A DNA stretch of 64,000 nucleotides from contig JAZNQN010000021.1 in the NCBI GenBank assembly GCA_045590195.1, forward strand, positions 1,352-65,351. The letters run 5' to 3'. The stretch's first letter is position 1; every line of letters starts with the position of its first letter. The notes under the pieces are model-generated. The model had not been told where the DNA came from, did not search any database, and saw only the letters and a list, made by a program, of their open reading frames with translations. The translations under genes and the position numbers were made by a program. This document shows positions 47,444 through 57,300 of the stretch, piece after piece. Source of the DNA: Clostridia bacterium. GTDB taxonomy: Bacteria > Bacillota > Clostridia > UMGS1883 > UMGS1540.

Positions 47444-48331
47444 ATGAAAAAGCTTCCTTTCACCGGCTCGGGCGTTGCGCTTGTAACACCTTTCCGTGAT
47501 AACAAAGTTGATTTTGACAAACTTGGCGAGCTTATTGAGTTTCACATTGAAAATAAAACCGATGCCATTATCGTTTGCGGCACAACAGGCGAAGCTGCAA
47601 CAATGCCCGATGCAGAGCATTTAAGCGTTGTTGAATATGCAGTTAAAAAGGCTGCAGGCCGTATTCCGATTATTGCAGGCACAGGCTCAAACGATACACA
47701 TCACGGCATTAACCTTTCAGTTAACGCTGAAAAGCTTGGTGCAGATGCGCTGCTTCTTGTAACTCCTTACTACAACAAAGCTACTCAGAAAGGCCTTATT
47801 GAACACTACACAGCTATTGCAAATGCTGTTACAATTCCGATTATTTTATACTGTGTTCCCGGCAGAACAGGCGTTAACATTTTGCCTGAAACTCTTTTAA
47901 AGCTTTCTGAAATTCCTAACATTGTAGCCGTTAAAGAAGCAAGCGGTAACATCAGCCAGGTTGCAAAAATTGCGGCCCTCTGCGGCGACAAAATGGCAAT
48001 TTACTCAGGCGACGATAATATGACTGTTCCTATTATGTCACTTGGCGGCGTTGGCGTAATTTCTGTTATTGCGAACATTTTGCCTAAAGAAACTCACGAT
48101 ATGACTGAGCTTTACGCAAAAGGCGACCACGAAGGTGCACTTAAACTTCAGCTTAAAATGCTCGAAGTTATGGAATCGATGTTCTATGAAGTTAACCCAA
48201 TTCCTGTAAAAACTGCTATGAATATTTTGGGATACGATGTTGGGCATCTCCGCCTTCCTATGTGCGAAATGGAAGAAGGCAACAAAGAAAAACTTAAAGC
48301 CGCTTTAAAAAATTACGGTTTAAAATTTTAA
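47444..48331 (+). CDS. dapA: 4-hydroxy-tetrahydrodipicolinate synthase
   Basis: 295 aa. GVALVTPF, GTTGEAATM. Schiff-base Lys region IVAVKEASGN. Confidence 0.9.
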   Translation: MKKLPFTGSGVALVTPFRDNKVDFDKLGELIEFHIENKTDAIIVCGTTGEAATMPDAEHLSVVEYAVKKAAGRIPIIAGTGSNDTHHGINLSVNAEKLGADALLLVTPYYNKATQKGLIEHYTAIANAVTIPIILYCVPGRTGVNILPETLLKLSEIPNIVAVKEASGNISQVAKIAALCGDKMAIYSGDDNMTVPIMSLGGVGVISVIANILPKETHDMTELYAKGDHEGALKLQLKMLEVMESMFYEVNPIPVKTAMNILGYDVGHLRLPMCEMEEGNKEKLKAALKNYGLKF

Positions 48332-48337
48332 TATAAT

Positions 48338-48368
48338 GGGGTATGTTCTGCATACCCCCCAATTTTTA
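48338..48368 (+). terminator. Rho-independent terminator after dapA
   Basis: ggggtatg-ttctg-catacccc followed by ccaattttt. Confidence 0.7.
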
Positions 48369-48613
48369 AGGGAATTGAAAAAAGATTCAGAACGGACAAA
48401 CTGAACCCGCAAGGGGGTACCCGAAGGCGTATGTTATACGTCGAGAGGTGAAGTTTGTTCGTAGCAAAAAGACTTATATTCAAGAAAAATCGTAAAGATT
48501 TTTCCTCAATACAAGCTTTATACAATTTTTGTACAAATCGTACCCCTATATATTAACTTGTCTTTTTGCGATGTGAACTTTTTTACATTCCCGATAATAA
48601 AGTGAGGTAGCAA

Positions 48614-49366
48614 ATGATAAATATTATGCTTAGCGGTGCCAACGGCAAAATGGGCAAAGTTATTACTCGCCTTGCGGCAGATATGAAAGATATAAATATT
48701 TGTGCAGGTGTTGATATAAACACTGAAAGCGACTCTTTCCCGATTTTTGCATCGCCCTATGAATATAGCGGCACCCCCGATGTAATTATTGATTTTTCAC
48801 ACCCCAGCGTTTTCGATACTCTTATGGACTACGCCGTGGAAAAAGGCGTTGCAATTATTATGGCAACAACAGGCCTTTCCGATGAAAACCGCCAACGTCT
48901 TATAGATGAATCGGCTAAAATTCCTGTTTTCTTCTCAGCAAATATGTCGCTCGGGGTAAATTTACTTATTGACCTTGCCAAAAAAGCAACAGCTATTTTG
49001 GAAGAAAACTTTGATATTGAAATTATTGAGCGCCACCACAACCAGAAAATTGATGCTCCAAGCGGCACAGCCCTTGCTATTGCCGATGCTATTGCCGACA
49101 CTGCTATCGGCAACAAAAACTATGTTTACGACCGCCACAGCGTTCGCAAAAAACGCTCCAAGGACGAAATTGGTATTCACGCAGTTCGCGGCGGCACAAT
49201 TGTTGGCCAGCACGATGTTATTTTTGCAGGTGTTGACGAGATAATTGAAATTAAACATACCGCAACCAGCAAAGAGGTTTTTGCAGTTGGCGCACTTAAA
49301 GCCGCAAAGTTTATGAAAGATAAACCTGCAGGCTACTATAGCATGAACGATTTGTTTAAAGATTAA
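48614..49366 (+). CDS. dapB: 4-hydroxy-tetrahydrodipicolinate reductase
   Basis: 250 aa. N-terminal Rossmann MLSGANGKMGK. ERHHNQKIDAPSGTA catalytic block. Confidence 0.9.
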   Translation: MINIMLSGANGKMGKVITRLAADMKDINICAGVDINTESDSFPIFASPYEYSGTPDVIIDFSHPSVFDTLMDYAVEKGVAIIMATTGLSDENRQRLIDESAKIPVFFSANMSLGVNLLIDLAKKATAILEENFDIEIIERHHNQKIDAPSGTALAIADAIADTAIGNKNYVYDRHSVRKKRSKDEIGIHAVRGGTIVGQHDVIFAGVDEIIEIKHTATSKEVFAVGALKAAKFMKDKPAGYYSMNDLFKD

Positions 49367-49393
49367 AAAAATCCCCTGACGGGGATTTTTTAT
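49365..49393. terminator. Bidirectional rho-independent terminator
   Basis: aaaaaaatcccc-tgac-ggggatttttt between convergent dapB and the 49399 gene. Confidence 0.8.
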
Positions 49394-49398
49394 TTGTT

Positions 49399-51405
49399 CT
49401 AATTTTCTTTTTCAGCAACAAGTGCCACAAAGTGTTCAAAAATTGGAAGCTCTTTTCCGTTTTCAAAGTCAAACTTTTCGCCATCGCAATAAGCGGCGGT
49501 AAGTTTATATCCTTTTGGCACATCCCATGAAAGGGAGCTTTTATGATGCTCAACGCCGAAATTGAGGCCAAGCAACAATTTTCTCTCATCATTTCCGAAA
49601 ATATCAAAGCTTGTAAACTGATGGCGGTCGGCGCAGTGGGAGTATTCGTTATGAAACTCAACGCCCGATGCAAGGCCTTCGCCGCCAAAATATTCTTTCC
49701 ACCATGATGCAAGACGGTGGTCGCGGTAGAATGGAAAACGGTCGATTTCGTCAGAAAAACCAATGAAAAGAACATTTCCGCTCTTTGTAACGGCAGGAGT
49801 ATCATCATCGTATCTCATAATTACTTCGCCGCATTTTTCTGTATAATGCTTTGTATCATCAGGCATACGGATAAAGCAGCCTTTATAGTCCTTCGAATTT
49901 TCGTGTTTTACAAATTTTGCATCAGAAAGCGCTGTGCTGATGCCTGCAATTTTTTCAATTTTCTCGCTGCATTTGCCTATTACAATAAGCTTTCCGCCTG
50001 AAGCGAGATACTTTTCAAGCCTTTTACACTCATCGTCTTCAATTTCACGAAGTGAGCTTATAACAACCAGCTTTTGTTCGTCGGCACTTTCAGGAATTTG
50101 CGAAACAACCTTTGAAGGAATTGAAACCGCTCCGAAAAGCTCGTAAACACCAAACAAATGCTCAAATGGATAGCAGTAGTAATGGTTTATTTTGTCAGCA
50201 TTTTCAGGGTAGTAAACAGCGCAATCGGCCTCTTTTTCAGTATTTTCCATTATAGGCCTTAAAAGATGAACGTATTCCATTGCCTCTTTTGCCATTTTTC
50301 TTCTTGCGGCAACTGTGTTTTCTTCGTCATACGCTCTGTAAACAGGTGCGCCTGGATTTAACTCTTTTTTCCAGGGCGGAAGCTCTTCTGCCATAAAGCC
50401 GTAGCAGAAGAAAGAAATTCCGTAAGGAGTAAGGGTTGACAAAATGCTGTCCATTATGCGCTTTGGAGTTGTATCAGGCAGTCTGCCTGCCGCACCTTCG
50501 TGGTAAAAATGTGTATCCGCCATACAGGGTTTTCCTTTGGCCTGAGCCATAAGAAAATCTGTTTCAAACTTGTGAAAATATGGGTTTGGATTAAGTGGCG
50601 GATGAAGCTGCAGATTAAGCATATCAAGCTCATCAACACGGCACATAAGCGACAAGTTGTTGCTCATAAATACTGATGTTGGCTGATGATATGCCATATG
50701 GCTGATTTTGCTCAGCGGATACTGCATAAGCGGCAAGCCGTATTTTTCCTTAAGATGAGCTGAAAGCTTCTGATAAAGATTTACAAAGTTATCTTCAAAA
50801 AATGCGATAACTTTTCTTTCAAGCTCTGTATCTTCACGAAGCTCATCGGGCGACGGAAGCTCTGTTCCGTAGCGTTTTTTCCACGCTTCTTTTGAATACT
50901 TGTCATATGAAATACTTCCGCTGTTTTCACTTGGAAGGCAAAAGCCCTGAAAACTTTTGTGATGACCAAATTTTTCGTAAAGAGCATCGTATTTATCGGT
51001 AAGATATTTCAGAATCTGCGGGCAGGCAGGTGAAAGGCCAATTCTGCCGTATTTTGATTTTTCGCCTGTGTATGAAGTAAACATTGCATCTTCGTTTTCG
51101 AGAATATATGCTTTGTGTGTCATACCTGCTTCAGGCAAAAATGCAATGTCGTATTTGTCGGCCGCAGCAAAACACTCTTCCATAGGGTCTCGCTCGTCCC
51201 CTTCCCAATAGCTGCTTCTTGGGTATTTGTCGCTTTTCCACAAAACGCCGTCGTTACAGTTCCAGGTTTCAAGATGTGCCACAAAGTCAAAATGCATATC
51301 CTTCATATCTTTCATGCATTTATCTGCATATCCGTCATACCAAACTTCGGGAGTTCTTACCAAAAACAATGTTCCAACATTGAATTTTTTAAAATCAAGG
51401 CTCAT
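49399..51405 (-). CDS. Glycoside-hydrolase-like protein (divergent GH42-fold paralog: TIM barrel + trimerisation-like domain)
   Basis: 668 aa. LSPACPQILKYLTDKYDALYEKFG occupies the position of the GH42 Cys-cluster/FREWL block. The C-terminal KLVVISSLREIEDDECKRLEKYLASGGKLIVIG resembles the GH42 domain-B Rossmann-like fold. No signal peptide. Confidence 0.5.
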   Translation of the reverse strand: MSLDFKKFNVGTLFLVRTPEVWYDGYADKCMKDMKDMHFDFVAHLETWNCNDGVLWKSDKYPRSSYWEGDERDPMEECFAAADKYDIAFLPEAGMTHKAYILENEDAMFTSYTGEKSKYGRIGLSPACPQILKYLTDKYDALYEKFGHHKSFQGFCLPSENSGSISYDKYSKEAWKKRYGTELPSPDELREDTELERKVIAFFEDNFVNLYQKLSAHLKEKYGLPLMQYPLSKISHMAYHQPTSVFMSNNLSLMCRVDELDMLNLQLHPPLNPNPYFHKFETDFLMAQAKGKPCMADTHFYHEGAAGRLPDTTPKRIMDSILSTLTPYGISFFCYGFMAEELPPWKKELNPGAPVYRAYDEENTVAARRKMAKEAMEYVHLLRPIMENTEKEADCAVYYPENADKINHYYCYPFEHLFGVYELFGAVSIPSKVVSQIPESADEQKLVVISSLREIEDDECKRLEKYLASGGKLIVIGKCSEKIEKIAGISTALSDAKFVKHENSKDYKGCFIRMPDDTKHYTEKCGEVIMRYDDDTPAVTKSGNVLFIGFSDEIDRFPFYRDHRLASWWKEYFGGEGLASGVEFHNEYSHCADRHQFTSFDIFGNDERKLLLGLNFGVEHHKSSLSWDVPKGYKLTAAYCDGEKFDFENGKELPIFEHFVALVAEKEN

Positions 51406-51407
51406 AA

Positions 51408-52097
51408 TTATTCTCCTTTTAAACCGGCTTCTTTAATAAATCTGTCGGTATTAAACTGTACGTTTGTAATAGATTTTCCTATAACAACTGCGTGTGCACC
51501 TGCATCGATACCTGCTCTGAGGCGCTCAGGGGAAGTATATCTGCCCTCTGCAATAATAGGAGTATCAATAGCAGCTTTAAGCTTTCTTACAAGTTCCAAA
51601 TCAGGCTCGTCAACAAATGGCGAATAGGTTGTGTAACCGCTGAGTGTTGTAGCAACAATATCAGCGCCGGCTTTTGCGGCATTTACGCCTTCTTCAAAGG
51701 TTGCAATATCAGCCATAACCAAAACGCCAAGCTCGTTTTTAATTCTTGCAATAAGCTCGTTTATGTCAACTCCGTTGGGGCGTGGCCTTAAAGTTGCGTC
51801 AACCGCAATAATTTCAACGCCTAATTTTGCAATAGCCTCAGCGTGTTCAAAATCGGGTGTTATGTAAGGAATAGTGTCAGATGGTTCTGTTTTGTAAATA
51901 CCAATAATAGGAACACTTACTCTTTCTTTAATTGCCGCAATATCGGTAGGGCCGTCAGCTCTTATTGCAACAGCGCCGCCCATTTCAGCCGCAAGCGCCA
52001 TAGCCGCCATATGTTCAGGTGCTCTCAAAGGATTTCCCGGTTTAGCCTGGCAGGAAACTACAAGGCCGTTTTTCATACTTTTCAATAAATCGTTCAT
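51408..52097 (-). CDS. nanE: N-acetylmannosamine-6-phosphate 2-epimerase
   Basis: 229 aa. LVVSCQA...DGPTDIAAIKERVSVPIIG and KAGADIVATTLSGYT blocks of NanE. Confidence 0.85.
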   Translation of the reverse strand: MNDLLKSMKNGLVVSCQAKPGNPLRAPEHMAAMALAAEMGGAVAIRADGPTDIAAIKERVSVPIIGIYKTEPSDTIPYITPDFEHAEAIAKLGVEIIAVDATLRPRPNGVDINELIARIKNELGVLVMADIATFEEGVNAAKAGADIVATTLSGYTTYSPFVDEPDLELVRKLKAAIDTPIIAEGRYTSPERLRAGIDAGAHAVVIGKSITNVQFNTDRFIKEAGLKGE

Positions 52098-52099
52098 TT

Positions 52100-53065
52100 T
52101 TATTCTCCTTTTCCGTTTATAAATTTATAAAACATTTCATCAGTAACTTCTATGTTGTTTTCTTTTAAAACTGCAACCAAAGCCGCAAGCGACGGGGTGA
52201 AATTCTCATCGTATACAAGCTTTGCCTTGCTGATTTTTGCCATTTCTTCTTCACACATTTTTAAAAGCAGTGGCTTGTTTTTCAAAAATCCGCCACAAAT
52301 TAAAACTTTTTCGCCTTCTTTATTATCAATAACACCATTTGCCAGAAGGGCAATTTCTCTCGCCTCGCTTCTATAAAGCTTCAAAGCAAACTTATCGCCT
52401 TTTTCGGCCAGAGCATATATTTTCGGAGCAAGAGAAGCAATTTCCTTGCGAGTAAGATTTAAGGCTCTTCTTTTAAGCTCCATTCTGTCAAAATATTCTT
52501 TTATATTAAGGCCTTCTTCAAGATGAGAAAAAAGTGTTTTAACCTCGCCTATTTCCTCCATACCGTCAACTGACCTTAAGTAGCTTTTAAGGGCACTGCT
52601 TCCAAGGCCGCCGCCACTGCCGCCGTCGCCATAAATGGGGCCCCAGCCGCCGCTATAAGCAGCAGCTCCATTCTTATAGCCCATTGCCGTACTGCCCGTT
52701 CCGAGTAGACACACCGCCCTGCAGCCATAGTAAGATGCGCAGTATAAAATTGCATCGCCTTTAGATTCTCTTATAACTTTAACAGGTGTATCGTCAAAAC
52801 TTTTTTTAAGGCCACTATATACTTCATCAGTATTAGGGCCGCCAAGTGAAAGATATACGCTTACGATTTCTCCCTGTTTTTTTAAAATTTCGCTTGCCTC
52901 TTTTATGGTTTTATCAATGGGCAAAATCCCTTCTTTAACCGCCCCGAGGCCGTCAGTTTCAAGAGAAAAAACAATCTCGCCATTTCCGTTTAGCAAATCC
53001 CATTTTGTTTTGCTTCCGCCGGAATCAGCCGCAAGATAAAGTTTTTCCATATTCTTCACCTCCAA
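52100..53065 (-). CDS. BadF/BadG/BcrA/BcrD-type ATPase-fold sugar kinase (N-acetylglucosamine/N-acetylmannosamine kinase-like)
   Basis: 321 aa. LYLAADSGGSKTKW phosphate-1 motif. CLLGTGSTAMG. RBS ggaggtg before the ATG at 53065. 2-nt gap to nanE. Confidence 0.7.
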   Translation of the reverse strand: MEVKNMEKLYLAADSGGSKTKWDLLNGNGEIVFSLETDGLGAVKEGILPIDKTIKEASEILKKQGEIVSVYLSLGGPNTDEVYSGLKKSFDDTPVKVIRESKGDAILYCASYYGCRAVCLLGTGSTAMGYKNGAAAYSGGWGPIYGDGGSGGGLGSSALKSYLRSVDGMEEIGEVKTLFSHLEEGLNIKEYFDRMELKRRALNLTRKEIASLAPKIYALAEKGDKFALKLYRSEAREIALLANGVIDNKEGEKVLICGGFLKNKPLLLKMCEEEMAKISKAKLVYDENFTPSLAALVAVLKENNIEVTDEMFYKFINGKGE

Positions 53066-53137
53066 GTTTTATTATACTGCATATCAAAATATATACAAGA
53101 AATAAAATATACCAAAAATATAAAAATATATACTTTT

Positions 53138-53167
53138 TGTTGACCAAAACCCCAAAATAAAGTATAA
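53138..53167 (+). promoter_or_regulatory. Sigma-A promoter of the AraC-family gene
   Basis: TTGACC (53138-53143) - 18 nt - TATAAT (53162-53167). Confidence 0.5.
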
Positions 53168-53199
53168 TAAATATAAATTTATAAGCAGAGGTGATTATT

Positions 53200-54024
53200 T
53201 TGTATACTACACCCGACGTTTTGGAATGTATATATTTTAAACAGAAAGGCTCATATAAGGGTTTACGCCATGTTCACGATTATGAGCTTGATTTTTACAT
53301 AAACGGAAACCGCGATATGTATATTGATGAAAAGTATTATCGTATTTCAAAGGGTACTCTTGTTTTCAGAAAGCCGGGGCAAGTTGTTGAAAGCTGTGGC
53401 GACTATGATGTTTATACCCTCACTCTCGATTTCAGCCACGCCGTAAACATTCCCCCGGAAAAATATTTAAGGCACGAAAATCCCCATATTCAAAGCCTTT
53501 GTCATAACGAAATTTTCGATATAATTCCCTCTGTTTTTCTGCCTTATCATCAAAGCGAAATTCAAAATTTAATGCAAAAACTAACAGAATGTTCCTACCC
53601 CAACCCCATAAATAAAAACCAGCAACAAAGCCTTATTTCTGAACTTTTATTGCTGATTTTATCCGATGCCTGCCGCCATAACCGTGAATTTTCAAAAAAA
53701 CATAAAGAAAGCTATGTAGAAAAGGCTTGCAACTATATAAATAATAATTATGATAAAAACCTTTCAATTGATGATATTGCCTCTCATCTTTCACTTAACA
53801 AACACTATCTTATCCGTCTTTTTAAAAAGGAGCTTTCTCAAACGCCAAACAGCTATATTTTGGAAACCCGCCTTTTTTATGCAAGGCGAATGCTTATTCA
53901 AACCGAATTTTCCGTAAAGGAAATCTCGTTTGCCTGTGGATTTAATACCCCTTCTTATTTTATAAAATGCTTCCGCGAAAAACTCCAAAAAAGCCCCAGT
54001 GCTTACAGAAAAGAATATATGTAA
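53200..54024 (+). CDS. AraC-family transcriptional regulator (cupin + HTH)
   Basis: ORF opens at GTG 53191, but RBS GAGGTG (53188-53193) favours TTG 53200 (MYTTPDV...). Cupin-type N-terminal domain. C-terminal HTH FACGFNTPSYFIKCFREKLQKSPSAYRK. Confidence 0.8.
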   Translation: MYTTPDVLECIYFKQKGSYKGLRHVHDYELDFYINGNRDMYIDEKYYRISKGTLVFRKPGQVVESCGDYDVYTLTLDFSHAVNIPPEKYLRHENPHIQSLCHNEIFDIIPSVFLPYHQSEIQNLMQKLTECSYPNPINKNQQQSLISELLLLILSDACRHNREFSKKHKESYVEKACNYINNNYDKNLSIDDIASHLSLNKHYLIRLFKKELSQTPNSYILETRLFYARRMLIQTEFSVKEISFACGFNTPSYFIKCFREKLQKSPSAYRKEYM

Positions 54025-54257
54025 AACAAAAGACTGCCCTATGCGGAGTGTTCATAAGGACATTAATTTTAAAAGGCTGAACGAAGTAGTTGGTTTACCA
54101 ATACCGCTTCTTTATGACTTGATTTAATTTCTCTGCATAAGAAAACAATACCTTTGGTTTTAGTGGTATTTTATCCGCCTGCAAACTGCCGAAGGCAATA
54201 CCACTGCTAAGCAATATCACTTGTTAAAAACAAATACCACTCGCCGCAAGGCGAATA

Positions 54258-54292
54258 AAACTGCCGAGTGTCACAAAGAACACTCGGCATAA
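54258..54292 (-). terminator. Hairpin terminator downstream of the giant surface-protein gene
   Basis: gccgagtg-tcacaaagaa-cactcggc. The minus strand continues aguuuuauu. Confidence 0.5.
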
Positions 54293-54315
54293 GCTTGATT
54301 CTTTTTATTTTGTTT

Positions 54316-57300
54316 TTATAAATCAAATTCTTCAGATAATGTAACGCTTCTCATATTTCTTTCCCATACAAAAACCTTGGCATACGATGCGTTGAGAATG
54401 TTTGATTTCGGCAAACAAAGGGTTGTTCCTTCTGCACTTAATGTTTTTGAAGTAAATAACAGCATTTGTCTGTATTTGTCATAAACTGCCACATATACAG
54501 CTGCATCTGAAACATAATCTTCAACAGATACATCAAAATACCAATTTAAACCATCTTCATTAAAATCAACGCTCATTGATTTTAATTCATTACCCTCTGT
54601 CAAGGTGTATGTTGCTGCAAAAATGTCACTATCATCTATTCCATCTTTTACGGCAATTGCCTTAATGGTGGTTAAACCTGTAATTTCAATCGGGCCGCTG
54701 TAAATGGCAGATGCTCTGCTTGGAACAGTGTTGTCTGTGGTATAGTGTATAACTGCACCGTCAGTTTCTGTTGTAAGCTCTACATATGTACCAACCGGAA
54801 CCGCTCCTGCAGTAGGCGATGCTTTCGGCTTAGCTGCCTTTTCAATGCTGTAAACAAATCCAGCCGTAGCACTGTCATTCATACCGGCTTTTACCGCATA
54901 TGCAATTATAAAAGTATCTTCTTCAACCGTAATTTCTCCGGTGTATCTGATTCTCGAGCTGCTTTCAACGATACACGGACATGTACCGTCAAGTGTATAA
55001 TAAATTTCTGCCCCGTCAGTTTCTGTTGATAAAGTTATTGTAGTTCCCCTCTTAACAGCACTGCCACTTGCAATATTTGCTTTAACTTTTGCACATGCGT
55101 TTGAAGTATCTGTTACATTTCCTACATTTGCTCTTGTTGATGATTTTATATCTGTTCCGTCAAGAGAAATTTCTATCGAGCCCTCACCCGGCAGCTTACC
55201 ACTCAGCATTACCAGCGCTTTTCCGTTTTCGTCAGTTGTAATGGTGTCGTTTACCACACCAACTATGCTCGGCGACATTGATTTTACAGAAAGTGTCTTG
55301 TTTGCTCCGGCCGATTTCGGCGAAACTGAAATTTCAAGCAATGTGCCCGAATTGTACAAAATATCAACGCTTGAAGCTACTACTATACTTTCAGGTCTTG
55401 CTCCAACAGTCTGTGACAGTTCCGATTTTCCTGACATGGTTTTACCTGCGTAATTCTTCACATTACTTATCTGTACTGCCACATCTTCTGCCAAAGTACT
55501 ATCCGGAATAAATTTAAATACAGATGCATACTTATTTACTTTTTTATAATCATATTCTGCATTAACCGGCTCGATTGTTCCTGCCACCATAGCACCACCG
55601 GCTGTAACTTTCACATTATCGACATTGACAGAATTTATATTCATATACTGACTAAAAATAATCTGAATTTCATCGTCATATATATTTACCGTTTCAACCG
55701 TCGGTGCCGATTTTGAAACAATTTCCGTATTTACTTCTGTTTGCGGAGGTGGAACAGGCAAATACCCATTTTCATCCGCCGCAACATCTTTTTTGGTATT
55801 AGTGTTATAATATCCTTCTTTAGAGAATTTAACCAGCCATTGACCTGCAGGCACATCCCAGTGGAACATACCGTTGACATCAGTGTACAAGGGATTTACC
55901 TGGTCATATTCATCAGCATTCCAGAAAATTTCTTCTTTAGCATCACCTGCTACTCCGAACTCATCCAGAGGATAATCATAGTAGTAACATTCTGCTTTTA
56001 CACCTTCAATTCTGTTTGAAGGAACTGCCTCATAAACATATCCTGATGGATCAAGAATATTTGGTGTCTTGAAGTTAGGTGTCGGCATTTTGTCTCCATT
56101 GCCTCCTCCGCCACCGCCATTCGGGCCGCAATTTTCACCCGGCTGACAAGGCTTACATTCAGGAGAACTATGGCCTGCCCATGTTGCTCTGTATATCTGA
56201 TGGTCAAATTTGAAAAGCCATAAATTAATATTCAGTAAATATGCAGCTTTAACTGACGCTACAATCTGCATGGCTCTGCCTAATAACTTCTGTAACGACT
56301 CCTCCCCGCATTTGCTCAGATTATCCAGAAGTTTTTCTGCTTCTTCGTTACCGGAGTTGCAAATTTCCATAATGTTGTCATAACAGGATTGTGCTGTTTG
56401 TAGAATGTTTTCCTGATTGTTTGAATATGGCCAGCATTCATTATTGGCTATGGCATCATTGAATTCCTGCATTTTTTGCTCTGCCTGTTCTTTGGCATTA
56501 TCGTACAAAAGCCCCAAAGGATCAAGTAAATCTATTATATCATCAAGCTCATAGAAAAGTTGAAAATCGCTATACAAATCCATCGACACCGCACTCTCAT
56601 AACGAACAGTTGAGAGTGTCTTTGTTTCAGAATCGTAAACTGTCTTGATAGTGTACCCCGGCATCGACTCTGTTTTCAAATAGATTTTTTCGCCGTTTAC
56701 AACCAAAATTTCTTCGTAGCTTCCGTCATTTTCAAAATTTTCAATAATCTCTGATGATACTGTAATGTATCTGTCTTCCAGCGAATTTTCTTTTGCAGAA
56801 ATTTTTATAGTTGCGCTTCCAATACCGTCTTCCGTGATACTGCTTTCTATCACATCGGCACTGAAATAATGCTCAATTACATCAATTGATTCTTGTGAAG
56901 GATTTTTTGCAACCTCTGCTTTTAAATCTGTAATCATCTGTTCATCTGCAATAAAAGGTCGCTCATCTTCGTAAACCATTTTATAATCAACAGCTATTTT
57001 TTGCGGAATTTCGTGCGATGTAAATCGGGCGTGCCCCAGCCACGAAAGCGTAACTTCATCATATATCATAGGAATTTTGCGTATTTCCCCGTCATTACCC
57101 TGCGTTACTACATATACGTCAGATAACACGGTATCATCGCCACCGGTAAATTCGACTCTAAAAGTAAAATCGGGATAATTAGGCCAATAAAGATACGCAT
57201 CTAAAGGTTTTGGATTTTTATAATCAATTTCAGTTACATATTCCGCAAGAGTCATTGTAGATGGCAAATGTGCCTGGTTTATCATCGTCAGCTTTGAAAC

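Noticed and set aside
48328-48525. Minus-strand 65-aa ORF in the dapA-dapB spacer
   Set aside because: No RBS. It overlaps the dapA terminator hairpin. Composition is not protein-like. The region is better treated as non-coding RNA or regulatory (see the finding).
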